Below are positions 51,936 through 61,871 of a stretch of 64,000 nt of DNA, piece by piece. The notes below the pieces were generated by a model, which saw nothing but the letters and a program-made list of their open reading frames with translations, was not told the origin of the DNA and ran no database searches. Source of the DNA: Macrostomum hystrix (Eukaryota > Animalia > Platyhelminthes); contig CATNEN010000014.1 of NCBI GenBank assembly GCA_950097015.1, forward strand, positions 1,302,001-1,366,000. The letters run 5' to 3'. Position numbers and translations under genes: made by a program. Each line of letters starts with the position of its first letter. Within the stretch, counting starts at the first letter, position 1.

Positions 51936-53901
51936 TCGCGTCGGGATCGATACGGCTGCAGTTCTGGGCTCGTCTGCTCCGGCCAGCAGCCGCATTCGGT
52001 GAAGTGCAGCGCTCTGAAAAGGACCGGGTCCTTACGGGTCCAGACTCGAATGTCTCCGGCTGTGACCGGTCCTTCGTCCAGCATGTCCATGACGAGAACC
52101 ACGTCTGCTGGTACTGGTGCGTCCCGCGGTCTCTCGGAAAGCGGCAGCCGGCTCAGCGCGTCCGCTCGTAGCAGCGATCGGCCAGACCGGTGCTCCATTG
52201 TGTAGCTGTAGGCAGACAGGAGAAGCACCCACCGCTGGATCTTGCCCGATGCCATCGCAGGAATCGGCTTGCCTTCGTGCAGCACCCCCAGCAGCGGCTT
52301 GTTGTCGCTGATGAGTGTGAATTTCCGGCCGTACAGGTACGAGTACGAGTGAAAGCGTTTTACGCCGAAGATTATTGCAAGGGCTTCCTTGTCCAACTGG
52401 GAATACCTTGTCTCGGCGTCGTGCAACGAGCATGAAGCGAAAGCGATCGGCTGGTCGATGCCGTTAATCCGGTGGCTGATGACAGCGCCGATGCCGTACG
52501 GCGAGGCGTCGCACTCCAGGACCAATGGCTTGCTGTCGTCAAAATGCACCAGGACCGGCGCCTTACTGAGGAGCTTCTTGCACTTGTTGAACGCGGCGTC
52601 TTGCGGGGCAACCCAACGCCACTCGGCACCCTGGTCTAGTAGGCGGTGCAGCGATTCCAGCTCGGCAGACAAGTTCGGCATGAACTAGCCATAATAGTTG
52701 ACCATGCCGAGGAAGCTGCGGAGCTGCGTCACATTCTGCGGTGGTGGAGCGTCCACGATCGCGCGCACCTTGTCCTGAAGCGGATGGAGGCCTACGGCGT
52801 CGATCCTGTGGCCTGTGGAGAGCAGACGCTCTCCTGCATGAAGTTGCACTTGCCGAGGCCGCAGCGCAGACCGCTCTGTTGCAGTCGCTGCAGCACCAGC
52901 TCTAGGGGGCGTAAATGGCTTCCGTCGGCAGCACCAGTAGTGATCAGATCATCAATGAAGCAGGCGACATGCGGGATGGACTGCAGCAGGCTGTCCATGT
53001 ACCGCTGGAAGATGCCGACAGCTGGAGCGACGCCGAACGGCAGCCGGGTATACCGAAGCAGGCCCTTAGAGGTGTTGATGGTGCAGAGTTGCTGAGCTGC
53101 TTCGTCAAGCGGCATTTGGGAGTAGGCCTGCGACAAGTCGAGCTTGGTGAACTTTTGGCCGCCGGCCAGCTTGGCAAAAAGCTCGTCAATGCGCGGCAGC
53201 GGGTACTTGTCAGGCTCGATGTTGATGTTGACCGTCTGCTTGAAGTCCGCACAGGTGCGCACCGAGCCGTCGGACTTGAGGACCGGCGCGATCGGCGATG
53301 CGTAGTCCGAGCTGTTCACGGGCACGAGAACGCCCTGCTCGATTTCTTTGTCGAGCTGGGCCTCCACTTTGGCTTTGAGAGCAAAGGGAACGGTGCGCGC
53401 TTTGAAAAATCGAGGCCGGGCTCCGTCTTTTAAGTGCAGCCGTACAGGTGGCCCATTGCACTTACCGAGTCCGAGCTCAAAAACATCGGCGTACTGGTCA
53501 AGCAGGGCGCGGATTCTCGGGTGCTCGCCGTCCTTAGTCACCTGCTTGATGCTGCACCAGTCCAGAGGCAGGTCGGCAAGCCAGTCGCGGCCGATCAGGT
53601 TCGAACCTGAGCCGTTGACGAGAAGCAGTGGAAGCTCCTTGGCCGCTCCATCCGCCCGCACTTGGACGATGATTCTTCCGAGCAGCGGAACAGGCTCTCC
53701 TGAATACGTGCGCAGGTGGGCGTTGGTGGGCTCAAGCTTGGGCCGTCCTCGCAGCTCTGAGCGGAAGGTGTCCGACGAAATGAGTGAGACCGACGGACCG
53801 GTGTCGATCTCCATGCGCACCGGCGTGCCTTCGATAAGCACCGTTGTCTCGATCGGCGGAATCTTCCCTCTCCGTTCAGCCATTACGTGCAGTAAGTGCA
53901 T
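51935..53901 (-). pseudogene. pol: Gypsy pol (protease, RT, RNase H) with a frameshift near 52810 and a TAG near 52688
   Basis: The bridging frame reads GHRIDAVGLHP..QLRSFLGMVNYYG*FMPNL. Confidence 0.9.
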
Positions 53902-54647
53902 CTCTTCCTCTTACAGCTGGACCTCCCTGGCGGCCTGATCGCCCCAACGATTTGTGGCAGCCGGCGACTTGCAGGCAGCAGCCGCGTGGCCCAGCTTCGA
54001 GCAATTGAAGCATTTTTGTCAACGAAGGGACACTTGGCGGCCGCGTGCCGCTGCGAGAGACACCGAAAAAAGCGCTTAGCGACCGGCTGCTTGGCGATTT
54101 TGTAGGCCTCCTGGCTGGCCGAAGATTTGGTCATCATCAGGTTCCCTTCGGCTGCTGAAGCTTCGGCCTGGGCTCGAGACAGTGCGGTGTCGAGCGTAAG
54201 CTTCCGCTCAGACAGCAGCCTCCGCTGGATGTTGTCGTCGTTAATACTCAGCATGAACCTGTCCCTGAGCATGCTGTCCAGGCTGCTGCCAAAGTTGCAG
54301 TCCCTGGCCAGTCTGCGCAGGTCTGCGAGGAAGTCAGCGTTTGACTCTCTGGCACGGCGACTCCGGGTGTAGAAGCGGAAGCGCATAACGATCTCGGGTG
54401 GCTCGGGGTCGAAGTGATTCTTCAGGGTTTCGCAGATGTCTGCATAGCTGCTTGCAGCCGGAGTACCAGTGGCTAGCAGGCTGGCTATTAGCTGGTAAGT
54501 CTTCTTGCCGCAGACGCTGAGGAGAACGGCGCGCTTTTTCTCATCTTTGGTGTCATTGGCCTCGAAAAACTGCTCCAGTCTTTCCTGGTACTGCTGCCAT
54601 TTTTCTGTCCCCTTTTCAAAGGGTTCAATAGAGCCAACTAGGCTCAT
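53883..54647 (-). pseudogene. gag: Gypsy gag; second zinc knuckle shifted by a 1-nt loss in an A-run
   Basis: MSLVGSIEPF..WQQYQERLEQFF..; adding one A at GACAAAAATGC restores CFNCSKLGHAAAAC in the pol frame. Confidence 0.88.
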
Positions 54648-54660
54648 TTCTCGTCGCCAC

Positions 54661-54914
54661 TGTAGAGACTTTGCTTAAGATTGTAGAACGAATATCCACA
54701 ACTCAACGAGATGACACAGCGACTTTTATATTTTATTTTATTTATCAAATCGATAGCAGTATTAGGGGTGGAGCTACTGACTCCGCGCGTGCACATAGGA
54801 TAGAAGGGTTAAAAGCACGTACACACACAGTACATTCTAAATAATTGGATAGCGTGCGGGCAGGTGCACAACACACCTGCCTTAGCCAGCCGCAACCAGA
54901 GCCACGTCACCACA
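54661..54914 (-). repeat. Gypsy 5' LTR (254 bp)
   Basis: TG..CA termini, AATAAA, adjacent PBS at 54659-54650. Confidence 0.85.
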
Positions 54915-55509
54915 CTATTAAATTAGGAGCACTACCAGTACTAAGTCTAAATACAAGAAGCAAATCGACAATTAAAAAGTGTATTATTAATTTGTATAGC
55001 AAAAACGCGTACAGCAAACGATTCAGATTAAGCGATAGCCAGACTTCAGTTTATGCTTTGTAATTGATAGCGAGCGAGTGATTGGATTTTGGAATTTGCA
55101 ATTATAAGGATGAATTCGCAACACTTTTAACTTTTAACATTTTCATTTATTAAAAAGCAATTGAATTAAATTAAAGCTACAAGGAAGTAAAAGCGGCACA
55201 AAAAAGAATCACTAAAGAATAACAATAAAGCCAAAACTAACAAAATTCGTTTTACGTCTGATAGTATTTGAATTTACATGTTTGCTTCTTATCAGAAATG
55301 AGCAACATTTCGGTCTTTTTCAGCGCTTCTCAATTTTTTCAGTTCCTCAGCTTTATCGTGTCCAATCGGTGTTCGCTGATTGGTTGTAAACACCCACCCC
55401 AGACACCCACCCCTCCGCCTTGTGCTGGGTCGTATTTCAGCCGGCGCCCGCGTGCTGCCCAGCCTTGTCTCTTCGCGCTGCGTGGTGTGAAATTTTCTCT
55501 CTTACTGCA

Positions 55510-56586
55510 ATGGCTGAGCTTCCAATTGACCGGCTTACGGCTCGCCAGTTAAGAGACCGCCTGATTCAACTTGGCCTGCCTAGCAGCGGTCGCAAGCGTG
55601 AACTGCAAGTCAGACTGGAACAATCTAGTTTAGCCAGCCGAACCACACGCCGTGTGCAGCAAAGGTCAACCGCATCGGCCCAAGTCGAGGACGACGGCAG
55701 CACCTGCAGCGAAGAGGACGGCGAGGCGAACCCGGACCGGGCGAGTGATCTGGGAGGCGGCGACGACCTGGACCAGAGGATAGCCCGACAAGAGAAGCTG
55801 CTCCGCCTGAGAACGCTTCAGCGCCAAACAGCGGAGATCGAAGCCGAGCTTGGAAAGGACGGCCAGCGCAGACAGAGTGGTAAGTCGACTAGCCCGATGC
55901 TGCTTAACCAAACCCTCAGTGCCCACGAGCCGGAGCAGCATCTGCCAGTGCCGGACTGGGAACTGCCAGGCAGCTACACCAAGCCCGCTGTCACCTCGAG
56001 GCCTCTGCTGGTGAGAGACTTCATCGATCGTGACTTCGAGGAGCCTGCGCCCCAATCAGCGAAGACTAGAGCCCGAACTGAGAACATCACGGCCGGCCAG
56101 TGGGTCGCAGGCAGCGGCCGCATCCTGCTGAGACTGCTTGACGACGGTGCCCTAGTCACAACGAGAAACGGCACAATGGATTTGAGTGAGCTGAAAGCCT
56201 ATGTGCGGTATTGCGTGCAGTTCGGCGAGTTTATGCATCAGGGCTTCATCCAGGCCGCCCTCAACGACTACGACGAAGACTTCAGGATCATGCAGCACCA
56301 GACCAGCGGCAGCTGGGAACGGGAGTCGTTGCCGCTGCTGTCCAAGCACATTCTGGCGCCTAAATCCAATCCTGCTGGCAGTTCGACCTATTCGCGGCCT
56401 GGTTTTAAGTTCAGCAAAATGAGAAACCAGACAAGCGGCTTGGTCGGCCCAACCGACGCTGAAGGTCGGGAGCTGTGCGTCAAATTCAACCGAAACAGCT
56501 GCCACAGACGCGACTGCAAGTTCAGACGCGCGTGCTCTGCCTGCTACGCGGCACACCCGCGCCAGCTCTGCACGTCAAAAAACTAG
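55510..56586 (+). CDS. gag: Ngaro Gag-like protein (N-terminal SAP domain, C-terminal Cys-rich finger)
   Basis: LTARQLRDRLIQLGLPSSGRKRELQVRL (SAP-like); CVKFNRNSCHRRDCKFRRACSAC. Confidence 0.85.
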   Translation: MAELPIDRLTARQLRDRLIQLGLPSSGRKRELQVRLEQSSLASRTTRRVQQRSTASAQVEDDGSTCSEEDGEANPDRASDLGGGDDLDQRIARQEKLLRLRTLQRQTAEIEAELGKDGQRRQSGKSTSPMLLNQTLSAHEPEQHLPVPDWELPGSYTKPAVTSRPLLVRDFIDRDFEEPAPQSAKTRARTENITAGQWVAGSGRILLRLLDDGALVTTRNGTMDLSELKAYVRYCVQFGEFMHQGFIQAALNDYDEDFRIMQHQTSGSWERESLPLLSKHILAPKSNPAGSSTYSRPGFKFSKMRNQTSGLVGPTDAEGRELCVKFNRNSCHRRDCKFRRACSACYAAHPRQLCTSKN

Positions 56587-58919
56587 ATTGCGGCCGGCCG
56601 GGGGACTTGATCGACGGCCCCACTGCACCGGCCGATTCTGACAAGGTCGATCACCCGCTCCCCCCTGGCCGGCCTCAAGCTAAGCCCATCGAGTCTGTTG
56701 CCTTCTCCTCTGACCTTATCAGCGCCGCCTGGGATGCCGAGCTGCTCGGCGATCCCGATCGTGACTTCCTGCTGAACGGTGTTCGCAACGGCTTCCGACT
56801 CACCTGCCCCAGTGCCCCTGACAATCAGCCTAATAGCACTTGCTCTCAGAACTACTTCTCCGCTGACAGTAATCGGCAACTGGTCGAGCAGCAGGTGCGG
56901 GAAGAAGTGGCCAACGGCCGTTATGTGAAAGTCAGCAACAAGCCGGACGTCGTCAGCGCCCTCGGTGCCATCCCGAAAGGGAACAACAAGATCCGGCTGA
57001 TCCACGACTGCTCGCAACCTCCGGACCTCTCGCTGAACAGCCGTTTCTCCTCTGACTACCAGATCAAGTTTGAGACTGTCAGCCAGTTCACTGCCAAGCT
57101 GCAGCCGGGTTGGTTCATGGCGAAGGTCGACCTGGCCAATGCTTACCGCAGTGTCGGAATCAGTCCCCACGACTTCCGCTACACTGGTCTACAGTGGAAG
57201 TTCAGCGATCAACCGGGCCCGACGTACCTGTGCGACACGCGCCTGCCATTCGGCGCGGCAGCTTCAGTGGAAGTCTTCCACCGCCTCAGCCAGTCCATCA
57301 AGCGCATGATGCAGCGACGCGGCTTCAGCAACATCGGGAGTTACCTCGACGACTTTGCTGTGGCGGCAGAAACAGAGATCGCCTGCCAGCAAGCTCTGGA
57401 CACTCTGCTTCATCTGCTGCGGCGTCTAGGCTTCTCCATCAACTGGAGCAAAGTAGCTCCACCGTGCACTAGGCTGGTGTACCTGGGCGTCATGATTGAC
57501 ACCAACAGCGGCCTGCTAGAGCTCCCAAAGGACAAGCTCGAGGCCACGAAAGCGCAGCTGCAATCCGCACTCTCGCACAAGCGCATCACCAAGCGCCAGC
57601 TCCAATCTCTCTGTGGCCGCATTAACTGGGTTTGCCAGGTCGTCCGTATCGGGAGGTGTTTCCTGAGGCCGCTCCTGCTGGAACTCAATAAGCTAAAGCA
57701 GCACTGCCACAAACTGCGCATGCACAACGACCTCCGCGAGACCATCCTCTGGTGGGTTGCCTGCCTGGCCAAGACCCCCAGCTGCCGCATTTGGAGGACC
57801 GCCGGGCCAGCCTGGGCAATCGAGTCGGACGCATCCAATTGGGGAGGCTGCGGCATCATCCGCGGCCCAGGCGTCACTAACTGGCTCATCATCGACTGGC
57901 AACGTGATAGCCAGGAGCTCGAAACTCTGCACATCAATTTTAAGGAGAGCCTCGCGCCCGTGTTCACGGCTCTGCACTTTCAACAACAGCTGCAACCAGG
58001 AAGCAACCTGGTGATCTACTCGGACAGCACGGCCGCTGTCGGCGCCATCAACAAAGGCTCCTCGCCGAACCCGATTGTCAACACAGCCCTGCAGCAGCTC
58101 GCGCTTCTCGCCGCTCACCACGATCTCGTTATCCAAGCCTTCCACGTGCCTGGGACGTTCCAGATCTTTGCGGACAGCGGCAGTCGCGCAGATGACATCA
58201 GCGAGCTGGCAAATTTTCTGCTCCGGCTCTACGGCACAGTGGACATTAAAACTGACAACCTTCATGAGCACACCCTTTCGTCCGCCTCCCGCCAATTCCT
58301 TTCTTTGCAGATCGCTCGCCTACGGTCCCGGGTTCGCACCTCAGCCGCCGCTACCAAGAGCTCTGCAGCCTGGCCTTCGCAGGCACCACAGCGCGCTCCT
58401 ACCGCTGCCAAATTGCCTCCTGGCAACGCTTCTGTAAGCGAACGCGCATCGACAGCACCAGACCGTCAGCACAGCAGATCGCGCACTACGTCATCGTGCT
58501 GGCTGACCGCCTCACATCGCATGCCAGCATCGGTGCATACCTTAACGCCGCCGACCTGTACTGCAAGCTGCAGACTGGCCGCGGCCTCCCAAGCGACCCT
58601 CGCATCGACCTGCTCCTCCGCGGCGTGCGACGCAAGCTGGCCAAGCCACCCGCGCGCAAGGCTCCAATCAAGCCAAACCACCTGCTCAAACTGCGGGGAG
58701 TACTGCAGCTGCATATTCCGGAGGACGCAGCCTTCTGGGCGGCTGTACTGGTCGGATTCTGGGGCCTGCTGCGGCGCGCAAACCTGTGTTGCCCGACCCC
58801 AATGCCGCCACCGGGAGAGGCCATCATCGTTGAAGACCTACGGCTGGGCTCGGACCTTGCAATCCTGCATGTCCGCAAGTCCAAGACCAACCAGTTCCGC
58901 GAGCGAGTGCACCGCGTAG
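56577..58919 (+). CDS. Ngaro RT/RNase H ORF (-1 frame relative to gag, no upstream ATG)
   Basis: RLIHDCS, KVDLANAYR, RLPFG, YLDDF, ESDASNWGG, HINFKE, YSDS, HVPG..FAD..SR; uninterrupted. Confidence 0.92.
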   Translation, partial: KKLDCGRPGDLIDGPTAPADSDKVDHPLPPGRPQAKPIESVAFSSDLISAAWDAELLGDPDRDFLLNGVRNGFRLTCPSAPDNQPNSTCSQNYFSADSNRQLVEQQVREEVANGRYVKVSNKPDVVSALGAIPKGNNKIRLIHDCSQPPDLSLNSRFSSDYQIKFETVSQFTAKLQPGWFMAKVDLANAYRSVGISPHDFRYTGLQWKFSDQPGPTYLCDTRLPFGAAASVEVFHRLSQSIKRMMQRRGFSNIGSYLDDFAVAAETEIACQQALDTLLHLLRRLGFSINWSKVAPPCTRLVYLGVMIDTNSGLLELPKDKLEATKAQLQSALSHKRITKRQLQSLCGRINWVCQVVRIGRCFLRPLLLELNKLKQHCHKLRMHNDLRETILWWVACLAKTPSCRIWRTAGPAWAIESDASNWGGCGIIRGPGVTNWLIIDWQRDSQELETLHINFKESLAPVFTALHFQQQLQPGSNLVIYSDSTAAVGAINKGSSPNPIVNTALQQLALLAAHHDLVIQAFHVPGTFQIFADSGSRADDISELANFLLRLYGTVDIKTDNLHEHTLSSASRQFLSLQIARLRSRVRTSAAATKSSAAWPSQAPQRAPTAAKLPPGNASVSERASTAPDRQHSRSRTTSSCWLTASHRMPASVHTLTPPTCTASCRLAAASQATLASTCSSAACDASWPSHPRARLQSSQTTCSNCGEYCSCIFRRTQPSGRLYWSDSGACCGAQTCVARPQCRHRERPSSLKTYGWARTLQSCMSASPRPTSSASECTA

Positions 58920-59305
58920 TCCTGCCACGCCTTCGACGCGAGGCGCAGCACCCGCTCTGTCCGGTGGCAGCGCTGCGACACCACCTGCACGCCAACCAGC
59001 CCGTCCCTGCTTCAGCCCATCTCTTCGCTTTCCGCCATTGCGGTGGTCTCGTGCCAATGACCGCCACCCGGTTCTACCGCCTGTTTCGCCGCGCAGTCAA
59101 CCTCGCCGGCCTGGGAGGTCTATCGCTCTCGCCACACAGCCTTCGTCGCGGTGGTGCCTCCCTAGCCTTTCGGGAAGGCATCCCGCTGCCCGTCGTCAAG
59201 GCGCTGGGAGACTGGCGGAGCTCGGCGGTGGAGGCGTACCTTGGGTTGGAGTCGGGCCTCGACCTGCAACTGGCCGCTGCTCAAAAGCTATCAGCGTGCG
59301 TTTGA
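58311..59305 (+). CDS. Tyrosine recombinase
   Basis: AFAGTTARSY..W..FC; catalytic set LLRRAN (R), KSKT (K), HSLRRGGA (HxxR), GDWRS (W), AVEAY (Y). Frame open from about 58268. Confidence 0.92.
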
Positions 59306-60619
59306 CCCTTGGTGTGTCGCTGAAATATTCTTTGTGACCTCCTTCTTTGTACTCGCTGTGGACCAAGTGCTTCTGCCTTCTGTATTTTTGCTTTCGCGTT
59401 TAGTTGTCGTTTGCTATGCTCGCTGGTCTTGCTGTAACTTTTTTTACACTTTCAACCATTTTGTGTTTTATGTTTTAGCTCAGTTTTAAGTGCGTACCGG
59501 TGTCACCCTCTTTTGCTTTTCGTGTTGCGTGCCTCCCTCCTTCCTCTTCTTTTTTTGGGTTTGGGCCATAGACGGTGCCCTTCCCTCGTTCGCTCTCTGC
59601 TATGTCGCAGCTGCTGTCTCTGTCTGCCTTCGTGTCTGGGAGTGTGGTGTTTAGTGTCCAATCGGTGTTCGCTGATTGGTTGTAAACACCCACCCCAGAC
59701 ACCCACCCCTCCGCCTTGTGCTGGGTCGTATTTCAGCCGGCGCCCGCGTGCTGCCCAGCCTTGTCTCTTCGCGCTGCGTGGTGTGAAATTTTCTTTTTTG
59801 CCTTTTCCTGGCTTCCTTTTTCTTGCTTTTCTGTGCTTTTTGCTTTCTTCGCCGTTTTAATTATTTTCTTCGAAACAATTTATCAGCAAATATATTGCAT
59901 GTGGGCCATAGACGGTGCCCTTCCCTCGTTCGCTCTCTGCTATGTCGCAGCTGCTGTCTCTGTCTGCCTTCGTGTCTGGGAGTGTGGTGTTTATTTGGAA
60001 AGTACACTCCGTATATATTCGACTCATTATTTTTGTCCTGCATATGGAAAACTTTTGTTTGCTATTTCCCTTTGCAGCATTTTTTAATTCAAAGTCAAAG
60101 GTGAAAAAGCGAAACTTTTTTGGCAAGATCATGACTTGAACTCTATTGTCCTTAAGCACAGAAACAGAGCAACTTATTGAGCTACTTTCCAGAGAAAATT
60201 TCTACTGAACAATAAGGAGTACACTCTCCACATCCAAGACATCCACACCAAGTTAAGGTATACAGACACCTTAAAAAGACACCTTGTAAAATAAAGACAC
60301 CTTAAAAAACAGGTAATGAGCAGGTACAAATGAGGCTATTTCCGAATTTCTGTGTGTGCAGCCTCCGGTTTTTTGTTACCCCATTCAAAAGCTGCTATAA
60401 ATTTCCAAATTATTTCCATATTAATGGTTAGTTTTTTATTCCTGATTATAATTAACGTAATTTTTTGTCACCGTTATCGCAACAAGGATTATTACGAGTG
60501 GCGCTGCCAAACGCACTGTCGTGTCAGATCTCAGATCACACGATTCCATGTAAGACAAATCACTGTTCTGCGCATACAAACGAAACTTCAGAGCAAGTGG
60601 AAAAAAAGCGGTTTGTAGC

Positions 60620-60847
60620 CAAGGACCACTAGAAGAAGAAAAAATCTTCATAAAATTCGTCGAAGCAACATATTTTGTAAGTTATAACAAAGGAAGAGCT
60701 TTGTATCTGCTTCCAAAAAAGCTATCAACACTTTAAGGTGGAAAAAGTGAAAATTTCCTATCTCGTTAGTGTATTTTTCCGTAAAAATCTGCCTTTATTA
60801 AATTTTATAGGAAACGAAGTGTCCCGTCCTTCTTCTAGTGGTCCTTG
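60620..60847. mobile_element. MITE-like 228-bp element with 19-bp terminal inverted repeats
   Basis: CAAGGACCACTAGAAGAAG (60620-60638) and its perfect reverse complement (60829-60847). No target-site duplication seen. Confidence 0.55.
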
Positions 60848-61190
60848 CTGACTGCCTGCAAGGGTTAGGAGCGTAAATGCTGCGGCGTTTGTGCCATAGA
60901 CATCGCATCTTTCCTGGCGAACGCGAAGTCTATTCCTTAATTTATTAAATTGCTTTTGAATTTAAAGTGCGCACGATTGCTTATAGTTTTATTTTATTTA
61001 ATCACAAAACATCCGATATTTGAGAAACTAAAGTGCGTAGCTAAAAAACCGGTCTAACCTCAGATGATAGAATTATAGAAAAACAACTCTATCTTGTAAA
61101 TGATGTAGCATAGTAGTATGTCCTTATTCCTCAGCCCTCATTCAGTCTCTCCCTCAGCCCTCAGTCAGTCGATTCCTCACTAGGTGCTGC

Positions 61191-61303
61191 TTCTCGATCA
61201 CCATGTGGGTCTGGCTGATGTTTCTGCGCAGCAGTAACAGAAGCAGGGCGGCGATCAGCAGCAGCAGCAGCGCCACCGCCAGGAACATCACCAGGCTCGT
61301 TCT
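61191..61303 (-). CDS. Probable transmembrane exon of the Ig-like gene
   Basis: Frame RTSLVMFLAVALLLLLIAALLLLLLRRNISQTHM: 22 hydrophobic residues then RR, with GC3-rich codons. Candidate donor CTA|GTGAGG. Confidence 0.5.
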
Positions 61304-61358
61304 CTCGGGACATCACCTTGCCCTGAGCGAAGAGAATGACATGAATGAATTTACCAAA

Positions 61359-61460
61359 AGTGGGGATATCAGGTGAATATAGAACTGGAAGTGGGATATC
61401 AGGTGAATATAGAACTGGAAGTAGGATATCAGGTGAATATAGAACTGCAAGTGGGGATAT
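61359..61460. repeat. 30-bp intronic minisatellite (GTGGGATATCAGGTGAATATAGAACTGGAA) x3; homolog at 63960-64000
   Basis: Read directly. Confidence 0.85.
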
Positions 61461-61523
61461 CAGCAGGGACCAGCTGTGCCGAACATCCCGGCGCATCATT
61501 CCAAGAAACTGTAAAAGGCGCAC

Positions 61524-61784
61524 CTGGAAGTCGATGCTCAGGACGATTGACTGCAGACTGCTGGTCACATCAAAGTCAGTTGAGTAGAAGCAGCGAGGAT
61601 CGGCCCTGCAGTCTTTGTCACCGGCAGCTACGTTCTTAGAACCGTACCTGTCTTTGTGCATCCGAAGGTTCGCCAGGTCGGCGAGGCTGACGGAGCCGGG
61701 CCGGTAGCGGAGGTTGAAAACAGGCGTGAGGGTTTTGCGCTTCTGCAGCTCGGCAAGAACTTTCTCGTCCGAGGTTGGGAGGAC
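61524..61784 (-). CDS. Internal phase-0 exon (87 codons) of the Ig-like gene
   Basis: Acceptor CGACAG|GTC and donor CAG|GTGCGC; in frame with the upstream exon across an 87-nt intron. Confidence 0.65.
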
Positions 61785-61871
61785 CTGTCGGGCGGTGAAG
61801 AGTCGGTAAAGTCGCGAGTGAGTGAGGGCGGGAAATAACGGGTCCATTAAATTTTATTTCCGACAGCGCAC

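Larger units (their letters stand above)
51935..54914 (-). mobile_element. 3'-truncated Gypsy LTR retrotransposon (5' LTR, PBS, gag, PR, RT, RNase H; no integrase or 3' LTR)
   Basis: LTR TGTGGTGACG..CTACA (54914-54661); PBS TGGCGACGAG; gag; MEIDTG; RLPFG; FIDD; VLECDASPYGIGAV; HRSG..ADALSR. Confidence 0.92.
55358..59993 (+). mobile_element. Full-length Ngaro-type tyrosine-recombinase retrotransposon with split direct repeats A1-ORFs-B1-A2-B2
   Basis: A1 55358-55498 = A2 59654-59794 (141 bp); B1 59562-59653 = B2 59902-59993 (92 bp). Contains gag, RT/RH and YR; no methyltransferase domain recognised. Confidence 0.92.

Noticed and set aside
51911-59067. Long antisense or alternate-frame ORFs over the Gypsy and Ngaro elements
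   Set aside because: They are shadow ORFs of GC-rich coding sequence with no recognisable motifs.
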